Positions 26,887 through 36,194 are shown, counted from the stretch's first letter. The stretch: DNA of 64,000 nt from a virus (IMGVR_UViG_2974649431_000001:92282-156281), one strand, 5' to 3'. Numbers and translations: made by a program. The notes: generated from the letters alone by a model not told the origin.

Positions 26887-27146
26887 GCAGGATCCCTGAA
26901 CACAGCTACCTCGAGCTGGCCGCCCACGTCCTGGGCATTTCCGAGGAAAGCCCTCGTTACGAAGATGAGCAATTCATCTGGGGACGGATCGAAGACCATC
27001 ATGGCTTCACGCCCCGCGAGTTCATGGAGGCTGTGGACATGCTCCTGCCCTTCACGCCGAAGTGGAAGGGCGCTCTCACCGATACGGTCTTCCAGGGATT
27101 CGTTGCACCCGACGGCTACACCCTGGTGAAGCAGAAGGTTCAGTAA
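26883..27146 (+). CDS. hypothetical protein (87 aa)
   Basis: ORF; ATGA overlap. Confidence 0.45.
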   Translation: MSRIPEHSYLELAAHVLGISEESPRYEDEQFIWGRIEDHHGFTPREFMEAVDMLLPFTPKWKGALTDTVFQGFVAPDGYTLVKQKVQ

Positions 27147-27152
27147 GACGCC

Positions 27153-27186
27153 GCTGATCTCCGCGTAAGTACACGCAGGAGATCAG
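27153..27186 (+). promoter_or_regulatory. RBS-sequestering stem-loop upstream of 27188
   Basis: 9-bp stem CTGATCTCC / GGAGATCAG. The 3' arm contains the Shine-Dalgarno AGGAGA, 2 nt before ATG 27188. No U-tract follows. Confidence 0.45.
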
Positions 27187-27187
27187 A

Positions 27188-27487
27188 ATGGCAGCAGAAG
27201 ACATCATTCAGGCCGCGCGAACGCTTCTCACTGCTGAGAGCTCGTGGACGACCAAAGCAATCGCTCGCAAGGCCAGTGGACAGCCTTGCGGGCCTCTCAG
27301 CGTTTTCGCAGCAAAACGCGACATCTACGGCGCCCTCGTGAAGGCCAAGCAGGACCTGAACGACACCCAAGAAGAGCTGAACATCGCCATGCTCCTTCTG
27401 CGCGCCAAGCTGACCACATCCAACAAAGACATAGACTACTTCAACGACCGCGCGACTCACGCCGAGGTCATGGCAATTCTCACCTAA
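27188..27487 (+). CDS. hypothetical protein (99 aa)
   Basis: ORF with its RBS inside the hairpin at 27153-27186. Confidence 0.5.
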   Translation: MAAEDIIQAARTLLTAESSWTTKAIARKASGQPCGPLSVFAAKRDIYGALVKAKQDLNDTQEELNIAMLLLRAKLTTSNKDIDYFNDRATHAEVMAILT

Positions 27488-27494
27488 GGTACAC

Positions 27495-28088
27495 ATGGCA
27501 ATCAAGACCATTACACAGATTCGGGTGGATCGCCCGACCGTAGTCCTCGCCGGATCCAACTTGGTCCCCGTCGATCAAGCTGACCAAACGGTCGCCGCAA
27601 CGCTCTCCGAAGTGGCAGCGTTTGTGCGCCCCGGCGATGCTTCCCCGACAGCCAGCGGCCTGATGAGCGCGGCAGACAAGACGAAGCTGAATGGAGTAGC
27701 AGCGGGCGCCACTGTGAACTCCACAGATGCGCAGCTTCGCAATCGAGCAACGCACACGGGCACGCAAGGAATCTCGACTATTTCCGGGCTGGGCGAGCAG
27801 CTGGAAGCCCTCGGCGACAGTGCTGCGGCCCAGCAAGCTGACATTGAGGCACTGGAAGCGTTCCAAGAGTCCACACAGACGGAACTGACCAATCTGGACG
27901 GTCGCCTGGATGTTCTGGAGGCGCCTCACATCCTCGTCCTGAAGGCTTACACGCTGGCAACCCTCCCGTCTGCTTCGACAAACCCGCGGGGCATCATCGA
28001 AGTCAGCGACGCCACCGGCGGTCCCAAAGTTGTGCGCTCCAACGGAACAGCCTGGCTCATCCTGAACACTTCCGAGGTGGTAGCATGA
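27495..28088 (+). CDS. tail-fibre-like protein
   Basis: SGLMSAADKTKLNGV, a motif common in phage tail-fibre N-terminal regions. Ala/Thr/Gly-rich. Confidence 0.5.
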   Translation: MAIKTITQIRVDRPTVVLAGSNLVPVDQADQTVAATLSEVAAFVRPGDASPTASGLMSAADKTKLNGVAAGATVNSTDAQLRNRATHTGTQGISTISGLGEQLEALGDSAAAQQADIEALEAFQESTQTELTNLDGRLDVLEAPHILVLKAYTLATLPSASTNPRGIIEVSDATGGPKVVRSNGTAWLILNTSEVVA

Positions 28089-28459
28089 CGACCCGCGCAG
28101 CCAAGCACGACCTCTACATTGAGCAGGGCGCTACCTTCGACTTCCAACTGAACTGGAAGCAAGGCAAGCCTGCCGTCCCCGTGGACCTTACGGGCTGCAG
28201 TGCACGCATGAAGTTCCGCGAGGAATACACGAGCCCCTCCCTCTTCGAGGCCAGCACGGACGACGGCAATATCACCCTGGGTGTGGCTGCCGGCACAGGT
28301 GCCAACATCCGCGTTCTCATCCCCGCTGCAGTGACCGCCGCCTTTACCTTCGATGCGGCAATCTACGATCTGGAAATCGTTGCCGCCGATGGCGTAACGG
28401 TTCGTCGTCTCCTGCAGGGCCGAGTGATCGTGAACCCTGAGGTGACGCATGACGACTGA
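28085..28459 (+). CDS. hypothetical protein (124 aa), possibly structural
   Basis: ORF; beta-rich composition. Confidence 0.45.
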   Translation: MTTRAAKHDLYIEQGATFDFQLNWKQGKPAVPVDLTGCSARMKFREEYTSPSLFEASTDDGNITLGVAAGTGANIRVLIPAAVTAAFTFDAAIYDLEIVAADGVTVRRLLQGRVIVNPEVTHDD

Positions 28460-28946
28460 CATCCTCCAGATCAACACCACCGAGACCATCGTGATGCCCG
28501 ACCAGCCGGAAACGCTGGTTTCGGAAGTTCAGGTGGTGCAGCTCGTTGAAGTGCCCCAACAGGGCTTCCCCGGGCCTCGTGGCCTTCCGGGTGAGCCGGG
28601 TAGTGCCTACTTCGTCATGACGGCAGGCGAAGCGCTTGGGGGCCATCGCATCGTGGTGGGCTTCCAGGGGAAGGCATTCTACGCCGACCACACCAATCCC
28701 GACCACTGCAACGCTGTCATCGGCATGACGCTGAATGCTGCTGCAGCAGGCGATGAAGTGCGTGTGCAAGTCAGCGGCCAGGTCAGCGAGCCCACATGGA
28801 ACTGGACAGCGTGGAAGCCAATCTTCCTAGGCACACAAGGCCAGCTCACCCAAACCTACGTGGGCGAAGGCTTCACGCAGATCGTGGCAACGCCCATGGA
28901 CGCGAAGACCGTCACAGTAAATATCAAGCAACCCATCAAACACTGA
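28449..28946 (+). CDS. collagen-like repeat protein (tail-fibre-like)
   Basis: GFPGPRGLPGEPG Gly-X-Y collagen-like tract. Confidence 0.5.
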   Translation: MTTDILQINTTETIVMPDQPETLVSEVQVVQLVEVPQQGFPGPRGLPGEPGSAYFVMTAGEALGGHRIVVGFQGKAFYADHTNPDHCNAVIGMTLNAAAAGDEVRVQVSGQVSEPTWNWTAWKPIFLGTQGQLTQTYVGEGFTQIVATPMDAKTVTVNIKQPIKH

Positions 28947-28956
28947 GGAATAGAAC

Positions 28957-29469
28957 ATGGCAGGCAAGAAACTCATCCGTCTGGGCACCGACGGCAACTT
29001 CATCGAAGTCCTGGGCACCCAGACTTCCGCTGGTGTGTCCAACGCCGGCGACATCGTCTCTCTGGACGACACAGGCCGTCTCGCATCGTCCATGATGCCA
29101 GTGGGCATCGGCGCCGACACAGCGGTCATCGTGGCAAGCGAAGCGCTGGCGGCCGGCGACTGGGTGAACGTGTGGAACGACACTGGCACTGCGAAGGTCC
29201 GCAAGGCTGACGCAACGACCGCAGGCAAGGAAGCATGGGGCTTCGTGCTCGCTGCTGTTGCCAACTCGGCGAACGCCACGGTGTACTTCGAAGGCACCAA
29301 CACCCAGGTGACCGGCCAGACGCCCGGCAAGGTCTTCCTGGCAACGACTGCTGGCCAAGGCACAGGTACCGCGCCATCCGCAAGCGGCAACATCGTTCAA
29401 GCCATCGGTGTGGCCTACAGCGCTACCGCCGTGAACTTCGAGCGCGGCACGCCCGTTACGCTGGCGTAA
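28957..29469 (+). CDS. hypothetical structural-like protein (170 aa)
   Basis: Ala/Thr/Gly-rich; RBS GAGGAATAG. Confidence 0.45.
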   Translation: MAGKKLIRLGTDGNFIEVLGTQTSAGVSNAGDIVSLDDTGRLASSMMPVGIGADTAVIVASEALAAGDWVNVWNDTGTAKVRKADATTAGKEAWGFVLAAVANSANATVYFEGTNTQVTGQTPGKVFLATTAGQGTGTAPSASGNIVQAIGVAYSATAVNFERGTPVTLA

Positions 29470-29472
29470 TCT

Positions 29473-31332
29473 ATGGCAGTTCGACGTCCCCTGGTCCTTG
29501 CGAACGGAGACGTCACGGAGCTTCCCTCCAGTGACTATCTGTTCGGGACACGAGAGAAACTCTCGGCTGCCCGCACGTACTACGTGCGAACGGATGGCAA
29601 CGACTCCAACACCGGATTGGCGAACACATCTGCTGCAGCATTCTTGACGATGCAGAAAGCAGTGGACACGGCGGCGGGCCTGGATCTGGGGACATACGAT
29701 GTCACCATCCGGGCTACTGGCACCTTCAACGAAACGATTTTCCTGCGCCGTTTGAATACCGCCGGCGGCCGTGTGAACGTGCGCGGCGATGCGACCAACA
29801 TGACGGGGTTCGTCCTGAGCCCTTCGACGGGTTCCTGCGTCAACACCGGCAATGGCTTCACAGGGCAGTACGACTTCAGCTACATGAAGTTCGCGGGCCT
29901 AGGCGGCGGCATCCGTGGCACCGCAGGCGGCGGCGGTACCATCACCTTCAGCAACGTGGACTGGGGGCAGATGAACTCGGAGCACATCGCGGCTCCGCAA
30001 GGCTGTCTCGTCATGGCAACTGGCCCCTACCAGATTAGCGGGGGCGCATACGCGCACGCCGCTGCCTATGACAGTGCACAGCTACGCATCCAGAACGTTA
30101 CGGTGACGATCATCAACGCGCCGACGTTCGTTGCAGGTTTCGCCCTCGGCACTCGCGGTGGCGTGATCCTCATCACAGGTACCACCTTTACAGGTAGCGC
30201 CCTGGGCAAGAAATTTGACGCCAACCAGGGCGGGGGCATCCTGACCTTTTCGGGCGTGAACTACCTCCCCGGCGATACCCCGGGTTCGGTTGTCAGCCCA
30301 GGTTGGTACGATCAACTCTCTTCAGACGGCATCCTGGATCGCAACCGCATCATCAACGGAAAGTGCGAAGTCGCGAACGCCGTGACCAGTTTCGCTAACC
30401 AGACCATTGGTACCGGAGGCGTTCCTGTAGAGATGTTCGTCTTCATTGGCTCAGGCTCAAGCGCCGCTCAAGTCACTGTCTCCCAGCAGGTGGATGCCCC
30501 TTACGGCTTCCGTAACAGCATTCGCCTCCTTGTGACAACAGCGCAGCCATCAACGGGCACCACCGACACTTCGGGCATCCAGACTCGCATTGAAGGCTAC
30601 AACGTCAGCGACTTGGTCGGACAGACATTCACGTTGAGCTTCTGGGTGAAGAGCCCTCGAGTAGGCACTCACTCCGTGGGTCTATACAACAGTGGGTTCG
30701 ACCGATCCTACGTTGCCCCATACACTGTGAACGCAGCTAACACCTGGGAGCAGAAACAGATTGTGGTGGAAGGCGGCCTACCGAGTAGCGGCACATGGGA
30801 CTTCGCTAACGGGATGGGTCTGGCGGTACGCTGGAACACGACTTGCGGAACCCAATACCAGACATCTAGCTCGAATACCTGGGTGAGTGGTTTGTACTTG
30901 GGCGCGCCCGGTCAGGTGAACTGCTTGGACACCGTGAACAACATCTTCGCCCTGACCGGCATGCAATTGCGGAAGGGCGCAGGTACGCTTCCCTACGACC
31001 ACACGCCGTACGTTCAGGAGCTCATCCAATGCCGGCGATACTACCAGGAGTATTGGGGGACTTCCAACGGGGCATTTAGCTTCGCCGGTCGCGGTAGTCC
31101 CGGGGGCGGCAACGGCATCTTCTTCGGCATGAGCCTGCCGGTAGAAATGAGGGTGCCTCCGACGGCAACGATTGTCGGTACCTTCGTCACTGGCAACTGT
31201 TCGCAGCCCGTCATCAACGCCGTCTCCAAGAACTTCATCAGCATGGTGGGGAATGCAGCCACGGCCGGTGATGCATACTACGCTAGCCAGTCGAGTAGCG
31301 TCGGATTCACTTTGAACGCAAGGCTCCAGTAA
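29473..31332 (+). CDS. pectate-lyase-type beta-helix protein (tailspike / depolymerase-like)
   Basis: N-terminal TYYVRTDGNDSNTG, characteristic of right-handed beta-helix pectin-lyase-fold proteins. Long Gly/Thr/Asn-rich repeats. Confidence 0.55.
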   Translation: MAVRRPLVLANGDVTELPSSDYLFGTREKLSAARTYYVRTDGNDSNTGLANTSAAAFLTMQKAVDTAAGLDLGTYDVTIRATGTFNETIFLRRLNTAGGRVNVRGDATNMTGFVLSPSTGSCVNTGNGFTGQYDFSYMKFAGLGGGIRGTAGGGGTITFSNVDWGQMNSEHIAAPQGCLVMATGPYQISGGAYAHAAAYDSAQLRIQNVTVTIINAPTFVAGFALGTRGGVILITGTTFTGSALGKKFDANQGGGILTFSGVNYLPGDTPGSVVSPGWYDQLSSDGILDRNRIINGKCEVANAVTSFANQTIGTGGVPVEMFVFIGSGSSAAQVTVSQQVDAPYGFRNSIRLLVTTAQPSTGTTDTSGIQTRIEGYNVSDLVGQTFTLSFWVKSPRVGTHSVGLYNSGFDRSYVAPYTVNAANTWEQKQIVVEGGLPSSGTWDFANGMGLAVRWNTTCGTQYQTSSSNTWVSGLYLGAPGQVNCLDTVNNIFALTGMQLRKGAGTLPYDHTPYVQELIQCRRYYQEYWGTSNGAFSFAGRGSPGGGNGIFFGMSLPVEMRVPPTATIVGTFVTGNCSQPVINAVSKNFISMVGNAATAGDAYYASQSSSVGFTLNARLQ

Positions 31333-31769
31333 TGTATCGAGCAACACAATCAGACATGATCGAGCGGATCGCTGATGGGGCGCGCATCCCACCCGATCCT
31401 GAGAACAAGGACTATGCCGAGTTCCTCCGATGGCTCGAAGATGGGAACACCATCTTGCCCTACGTGTCGACAGAGACGCTGGAGGACCTTCGGAAACGCG
31501 CCTTCGACGAGATCCGCGAGGTCCGCGCGCCGATGCTGAACGCTGTGACGGGCATAGGCGTGACCGCACTCATCGACGGCAACGAAGCCGAAGCAGCCGA
31601 AGCAAAACTCATCAGGCAGAAGCTCCTGGAGATCACAGCGGACGCCGCCTTGAATGCTGCCACTACATATGAGAGCATGAAACTTGCAGGCAGGCTTGCC
31701 TACAGGAAGATCGCAAAGGCTGCGTCGCCCGCGTTCGCAGCAGTGTTCAAAGAAACAACAGGAGCCTAA
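31332..31769 (+). CDS. hypothetical protein (145 aa), possible fibre assembly/chaperone
   Basis: Immediately follows the beta-helix gene (ATGA overlap). Function inferred from position only. Confidence 0.4.
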   Translation: MYRATQSDMIERIADGARIPPDPENKDYAEFLRWLEDGNTILPYVSTETLEDLRKRAFDEIREVRAPMLNAVTGIGVTALIDGNEAEAAEAKLIRQKLLEITADAALNAATTYESMKLAGRLAYRKIAKAASPAFAAVFKETTGA

Positions 31770-31770
31770 C

Positions 31771-32253
31771 ATGAGTGGTCTGATTTACGTTCTCATTCTC
31801 GTCTTTGCGGTCGTCGTGCCGCTGATCCTAGTGAAGGTGGGCTGGAAGCCTTCCAAGCTGAAAGCCTACTTCTGGGACACCAAGCAGGGCAAGGGCATCT
31901 TGAAGGGCATCGTCCTGGGGGTGGGTGTGCTTGTCGTTGCGGGTTCGCTGATGACGTGTGCCAACAACGTGCATGCGCAGCCCATCAAGGTGCCGGGCAC
32001 TTTCTTCAACGACGCTTCCGTGTTCATGGGGCTGGACCACACCAAGAAGCTCAGTCCGCAGTGTGTCGCTGGGGGCATCGACGATCGGACTACTTCCAAC
32101 CTCGGCGCCCGCTTGAACGTCTGGCAGAGTCCCGCAAAGGACGTTCGCTTCAACCTGCAATACACCCACCACTCCTGCGCGCTGAACGTGGACCGCAATG
32201 GGTATGACGCTATCGGCGTTCAGGTTGAGTGGACGCCCTGGCGCCGCAATTGA
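31771..32253 (+). CDS. membrane protein (160 aa)
   Basis: Two N-terminal hydrophobic segments; RBS AGGAG. Confidence 0.45.
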   Translation: MSGLIYVLILVFAVVVPLILVKVGWKPSKLKAYFWDTKQGKGILKGIVLGVGVLVVAGSLMTCANNVHAQPIKVPGTFFNDASVFMGLDHTKKLSPQCVAGGIDDRTTSNLGARLNVWQSPAKDVRFNLQYTHHSCALNVDRNGYDAIGVQVEWTPWRRN

Positions 32254-32319
32254 GCTCGAACGCCTAGCCCTGCGCTCAAAACCGCAAGGCTAAAATACAG
32301 CTCAACTACTGGAGAACAC

Positions 32320-32715
32320 ATGGACGAACTGTACGCAAACGAAGACCACCTGCTCTCCACAATCGAGACCGTGAAGGAGTGTCTCGCAGAGCTTCTCATC
32401 GAAGGCCAGATGATCACGACGGACCGCGTGGCTGTTGCCCTCGCAATGGTCGTCCAGCTGGAGGCACGCGTCATGATGGGGTTCGATGACGAGGAGTCCA
32501 ACATGGCTCCCAGCATCGCGATCCTGAACAAGCGCCTGCAGGAACCCCCGCTGGAGTTCGAAGGTATCGACCCCTCGGTCCTCAGCGCCGTCTACAGCGC
32601 TTGCGACAGTGCTGAGACCAACAATCTGGAGGACTGGGAAATCGACCTCATCGCCACTCGAATCGTGGAAGCTCACAACGGCCAACGCAAGTTAGCCCAC
32701 AACCAAGAAGAATGA
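32320..32715 (+). CDS. hypothetical acidic protein (131 aa)
   Basis: ORF. Confidence 0.5.
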   Translation: MDELYANEDHLLSTIETVKECLAELLIEGQMITTDRVAVALAMVVQLEARVMMGFDDEESNMAPSIAILNKRLQEPPLEFEGIDPSVLSAVYSACDSAETNNLEDWEIDLIATRIVEAHNGQRKLAHNQEE

Positions 32716-32716
32716 A

Positions 32717-33031
32717 ATGACTGCAATCGAAAAACTCCGTGACAAGCTCATCGCCGAGGGCTTTACGCTCACCGACGAGAACAAGGGCGTCTTACACCTG
32801 AGCCGCATGACGAAGGTCGGAGCGCCTCCCAACAAGGCCACCGGCCAGCGCGTGGACGTGTTCTTCGAACTGGATGGACCGGCGAACAGCGTGGACATCC
32901 TCGTGGAAGCCCACAACGGGGACGCCTGGTGCCGCCCGGCCATCACTGGCATGTCGCCGGAGTACGTCAGCAAGCATTTCAAGATGCTGGAGCAGCGCGT
33001 GGTCTATGCTTGGCGAGAGCTCTCGGATTGA
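32717..33031 (+). CDS. hypothetical protein (104 aa)
   Basis: ORF. Confidence 0.5.
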   Translation: MTAIEKLRDKLIAEGFTLTDENKGVLHLSRMTKVGAPPNKATGQRVDVFFELDGPANSVDILVEAHNGDAWCRPAITGMSPEYVSKHFKMLEQRVVYAWRELSD

Positions 33032-33215
33032 GTTTGACGGACTGGTCGGGGAGCTTCTAAAGCTCCTCAGCCAGAACGAGGAAGCGCTGCTGAAAGAAAA
33101 AATCATGCGGTGCTCAAATTGCAGTGGTGCGCAGCTAAAATCTGTCTATAAGTCCCCGGAGGCATATCGAATCGGTCAGCTCTTGCAGACGCTTCGACTC
33201 CGAAACTTCTTGTAG
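33006..33215 (+). CDS. hypothetical small protein (69 aa)
   Basis: Internal ATG of ORF 32874..33215; CSNCSG motif. Lower-GC segment. Uncertain. Confidence 0.25.
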   Translation: MLGESSRIEFDGLVGELLKLLSQNEEALLKEKIMRCSNCSGAQLKSVYKSPEAYRIGQLLQTLRLRNFL

Positions 33216-33222
33216 GATCAAT

Positions 33223-33444
33223 ATGGAAGACAACCACCCAGAAGACATCAACCCTTTCCACGTCAGCATCGCTAACGACGTCTACGTGGACTCCGGCATT
33301 TCCCCGATGAACAGCATCGTGCTCGCTCGAAAAGAGCTTGCGGACGAAGGACTGAGTCAGTCCCAAATCGCGAAGGTGCTGCTCGCAAGCCTCTACGCCG
33401 ACGTTCGTGAACTGAACCTGCGCGCTGTCATGGAGCTGTTCTGA
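33223..33444 (+). CDS. hypothetical protein (73 aa)
   Basis: ORF. Confidence 0.45.
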   Translation: MEDNHPEDINPFHVSIANDVYVDSGISPMNSIVLARKELADEGLSQSQIAKVLLASLYADVRELNLRAVMELF

Positions 33445-33740
33445 TGGAAGAAATCTTCTGGCGTCCCCTCGAGGAACTATCCGACATGGATGAATGCATG
33501 TCCATCCTCGTTCTCCGTCGCGGCAACGAAGCAGCCGATACCATCGTGACACAAGCACAGCTCTTCGAGGGCAGTCTGTACCCCGACGATCTCGACTTCT
33601 GTGCAGACTACGAAGACCGCATCCAGGATGCAATCGCTTGGATGTACATTCCCCGCGCCTTCCGGTTCTTCATGAACCCTGGTATGGAAATCTCGTACGA
33701 CCCGCGTACTGGCGAGACCAAGGTCAGGTCAGTCCCTTGA
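33444..33740 (+). CDS. DUF551-like phage protein
   Basis: FWRPLEELSDMDECMSILVLRRG core. Confidence 0.4.
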   Translation: MEEIFWRPLEELSDMDECMSILVLRRGNEAADTIVTQAQLFEGSLYPDDLDFCADYEDRIQDAIAWMYIPRAFRFFMNPGMEISYDPRTGETKVRSVP

Positions 33741-34126
33741 GGATCGGCGTCGTCGGCAGTCGCACGCTCTGCGACTACGAGTGGTTTGCTAACCAGATGG
33801 ACAACCTCGTCGGTCACAGCAAGACACCCATCCAATTCGTAAGCGGGGGCGCAGATGGCCCCGACACCATGATCGAGCGCTACGCTCGAGAACGCGGACA
33901 TCCTGACGTCTGCGTACACACCCCAAATTGGAACCAGGAAGGTTGGCGCGCAGGCTTCAACCGAAACTCTGACATCGTAGCGGACTGCGACGCTGTCATT
34001 GCCTTCTGGGACGAACGCTCGGCGGGCACCCGAGACACCATCAATAAGTGCAGGCGTGCCTTTGTGCCTGTTCTCGTCATCACCTTCAACCCCAACCAAG
34101 AAACCAATGAGCTCCTCTTTGAATGA
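33737..34126 (+). CDS. SLOG-family protein (DUF2493 / YspA-like)
   Basis: RIGVVGSR...FVSGGADGPDTMIERYA...DAVIAFWDERSAGTRDTI matches the DUF2493 SLOG pattern. TTG start (TTGA overlap). Confidence 0.5.
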   Translation: MRIGVVGSRTLCDYEWFANQMDNLVGHSKTPIQFVSGGADGPDTMIERYARERGHPDVCVHTPNWNQEGWRAGFNRNSDIVADCDAVIAFWDERSAGTRDTINKCRRAFVPVLVITFNPNQETNELLFE

Positions 34127-34505
34127 CCGCAACCTTGCGGACGCACTCCGCCTCGCCAACGACCTCGTGGAAGCCTGCGCGCAGCTCGCCCACAACGCCA
34201 ACCGCGCCTACTGCGAAATGATCGGCGACTTCAGCCAACTCCCGTGGGACGCCGCACCGGAGTGGCAACGGGAAAGCGCTCGCCAGGGTGTGCGCTTCCA
34301 CCTGGACAACCCGGACGCCGGCCCCAGCGGTTCTCACGAGTCCTGGCTGAAGGTCAAGGAAGCCGAAGGCTGGCGCTACGGTCCCATCAAGGACGCCGAT
34401 GCCAAGACGCACCCCTGCTTCCTCCCCTATGACGAACTGCCGAGTTCCCAGAAGCTGAAGGACTACATCTTCACGAGCGTCGTGAAGGGCTTCTTCACCG
34501 AATGA
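34107..34505 (+). CDS. RyR-domain protein
   Basis: WLKVKEAEGWRYGPIKDADAKTHPCFLPYDELPSSQKLKD resembles the RyR (ryanodine-receptor) domain seen in phage proteins. Confidence 0.5.
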   Translation: MSSSLNDRNLADALRLANDLVEACAQLAHNANRAYCEMIGDFSQLPWDAAPEWQRESARQGVRFHLDNPDAGPSGSHESWLKVKEAEGWRYGPIKDADAKTHPCFLPYDELPSSQKLKDYIFTSVVKGFFTE

Positions 34506-34708
34506 CCTACGGACTGAAGGACGTCGCGAAAGACGTCCTGACGGGGCGCGTGCAACACGCTGAGCCCCAAGTGGTGCAAGACCGTTTGAAGACCTGCCAG
34601 GGCTGTCCATCCTACAGACAGACCATGAAGGTGTGCGGAGACTGTGGGTGCTACTTGCCCGCAAAGACCAAGTTCGCGCAATCCACTTGCCCCCAAGGGA
34701 AGTGGTAA
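34502..34708 (+). CDS. zinc-ribbon protein (68 aa)
   Basis: CQGC...CGDCGC...C. Confidence 0.45.
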   Translation: MTYGLKDVAKDVLTGRVQHAEPQVVQDRLKTCQGCPSYRQTMKVCGDCGCYLPAKTKFAQSTCPQGKW

Positions 34709-34715
34709 TACCAGA

Positions 34716-34740
34716 GAAGCCCTTAGGGGCTTTTTCTTTT
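34716..34740 (+). terminator. rho-independent terminator
   Basis: AGCCC-tta-GGGCT then TTTTTCTTTT. Confidence 0.6.
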
Positions 34741-34778
34741 GGAAGTTTTCCAGTTATAATCGAGGCATAGCAACACAC
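34740..34778 (+). promoter_or_regulatory. class-A promoter copy 3
   Basis: TGGAAgttTTCCA (34740-52), TATAAT (34755-60) and leader CGAGGCATAGCAACACAC. Confidence 0.6.
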
Positions 34779-34792
34779 AGTAGGAGAAGATT

Positions 34793-35143
34793 ATGAAGCG
34801 CTACAGCTACACCGAATTTGCACAAAAGCTCGCCGATGTGCGCCTCGAATGGTTCAATGGCCTCGCAAAGACGCCCCAGGAAGAAAAGATCCTGAAGCAA
34901 GCCCACGCAGAGCTGACCAAGGCCTGCCGGGAAGCGTCCGACTACATCGTCGCTACCAAGATGAAGAAGACGGACGCCCTGATGTACCTGGCGGGCCTGA
35001 GCGCAGATGCGTGGGCACTCCACAAGGACAAGCTCGTTGTCATGGGCTGGGGCACTGCCCAAATGACCCAAGGCAAGGTAAAGCCAGAACACTGGGCGGT
35101 GAAGGAACTCTTCGAGCGAGCTCAAAACATCCTGCAACCCTAA
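34793..35143 (+). CDS. hypothetical protein (116 aa)
   Basis: RBS AGTAGGAG. Confidence 0.5.
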   Translation: MKRYSYTEFAQKLADVRLEWFNGLAKTPQEEKILKQAHAELTKACREASDYIVATKMKKTDALMYLAGLSADAWALHKDKLVVMGWGTAQMTQGKVKPEHWAVKELFERAQNILQP

Positions 35144-35166
35144 ACTTTCCAACCAAGGAGTTCATC

Positions 35167-35520
35167 ATGTACAAATCTCGATCGCATCGCGCCCTCGAAA
35201 GTCTGTTCCCGCGCGAGAGACACGCCTTCAAGGAGTCAGACGACAGCAGCATCCTCTCCCTGGTGGAGTGGGTAGCAGACGGTAAACCCTTCGTCTGGAA
35301 GATGGAAGCCTCCAATGTCAGCCCCAAGACCGGTAAGGAGGTCGAAGTCTGGTTTGCCCAGGGACACGGCATCAGTGCAATTGTCATCGATGGCCGCGTC
35401 GGCGATTGGTGCGGTGATCGCACCAGCGGACCAGGTGCTGCGCGCAACCTGCAAGCCGAATACTTCGTTGCCGTCAACACCGGAGTGGGCTGGCGGTTGT
35501 TCGAAGAAATGGCGAAGTAA
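35167..35520 (+). CDS. hypothetical protein (117 aa)
   Basis: RBS CAAGGAG. Confidence 0.5.
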   Translation: MYKSRSHRALESLFPRERHAFKESDDSSILSLVEWVADGKPFVWKMEASNVSPKTGKEVEVWFAQGHGISAIVIDGRVGDWCGDRTSGPGAARNLQAEYFVAVNTGVGWRLFEEMAK

Positions 35521-35536
35521 CATTCTCCTTCCAGTC

Positions 35537-35568
35537 GGGGGCCTTCGGGCCCCTTTCTGCTGTACAAT
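35537..35568 (+). promoter_or_regulatory. terminator hairpin plus TGTACAAT -10
   Basis: GGGGCC-ttcg-GGCCCC + TTTCTGC, then TGTACAAT (35561-68), at the start of the long non-coding region. Confidence 0.5.
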
Positions 35569-36029
35569 CGCAGCTCTTTGAGCCTGCACAATCAAGCGGT
35601 AACGCTGCGGGCTAGTCGTTATGTGTCATTGGGTTGAACTACTCCGTCCTTCTCGGGAGTGTGACGGTAAATCGGGGCCCACGTGGTAAACGGCTGGCAG
35701 GCCAACACGTTAAAGAGCAGCAAGGTCTGACCCTCTAGGGGCAGTCAGTAGGTTCGGGCGACGCCTGGGGCGAACACTGTGAGCAAGAGGGAGTCTCAAA
35801 ACAGACCGAGACGCATTCGACGAAATGCAGCGCCGAGGGAGTAGCCATTCAACAGGTTCCACGGCGTGGGCGTCATTGGGGTAACCCGCGTACACGATAA
35901 AGGGCGATTCGCATGACCCGTCCTGCCTTTGATTGGGCCAGTGTGTTGAACATGGTGAGGCAGAACTATACTGACACCACGGAACGGCTCAAAGCCGTTT
36001 CACGGCTCCGCAATCCAACCTGAAAGACT

Positions 36030-36194
36030 ATGATGAAAGAAAGTGTGGACTACAAAGGGCACTGCCTCTGGAAGAACAGTGAAGCGCTCAGGCTCTACCA
36101 TGAAGCGCAAAAGGACAGGAGGCTCTTCAAAAAACTCGATGATCATTTGAAGGACGTTGACCGCAGGGAAAAGGAACTGCTGGCTCGTCTCTAA
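36030..36194 (+). CDS. possible small protein (54 aa)
   Basis: Only ORF in the 35.5-36.2 kb region; weak RBS. Highly uncertain. Confidence 0.2.
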   Translation: MMKESVDYKGHCLWKNSEALRLYHEAQKDRRLFKKLDDHLKDVDRREKELLARL

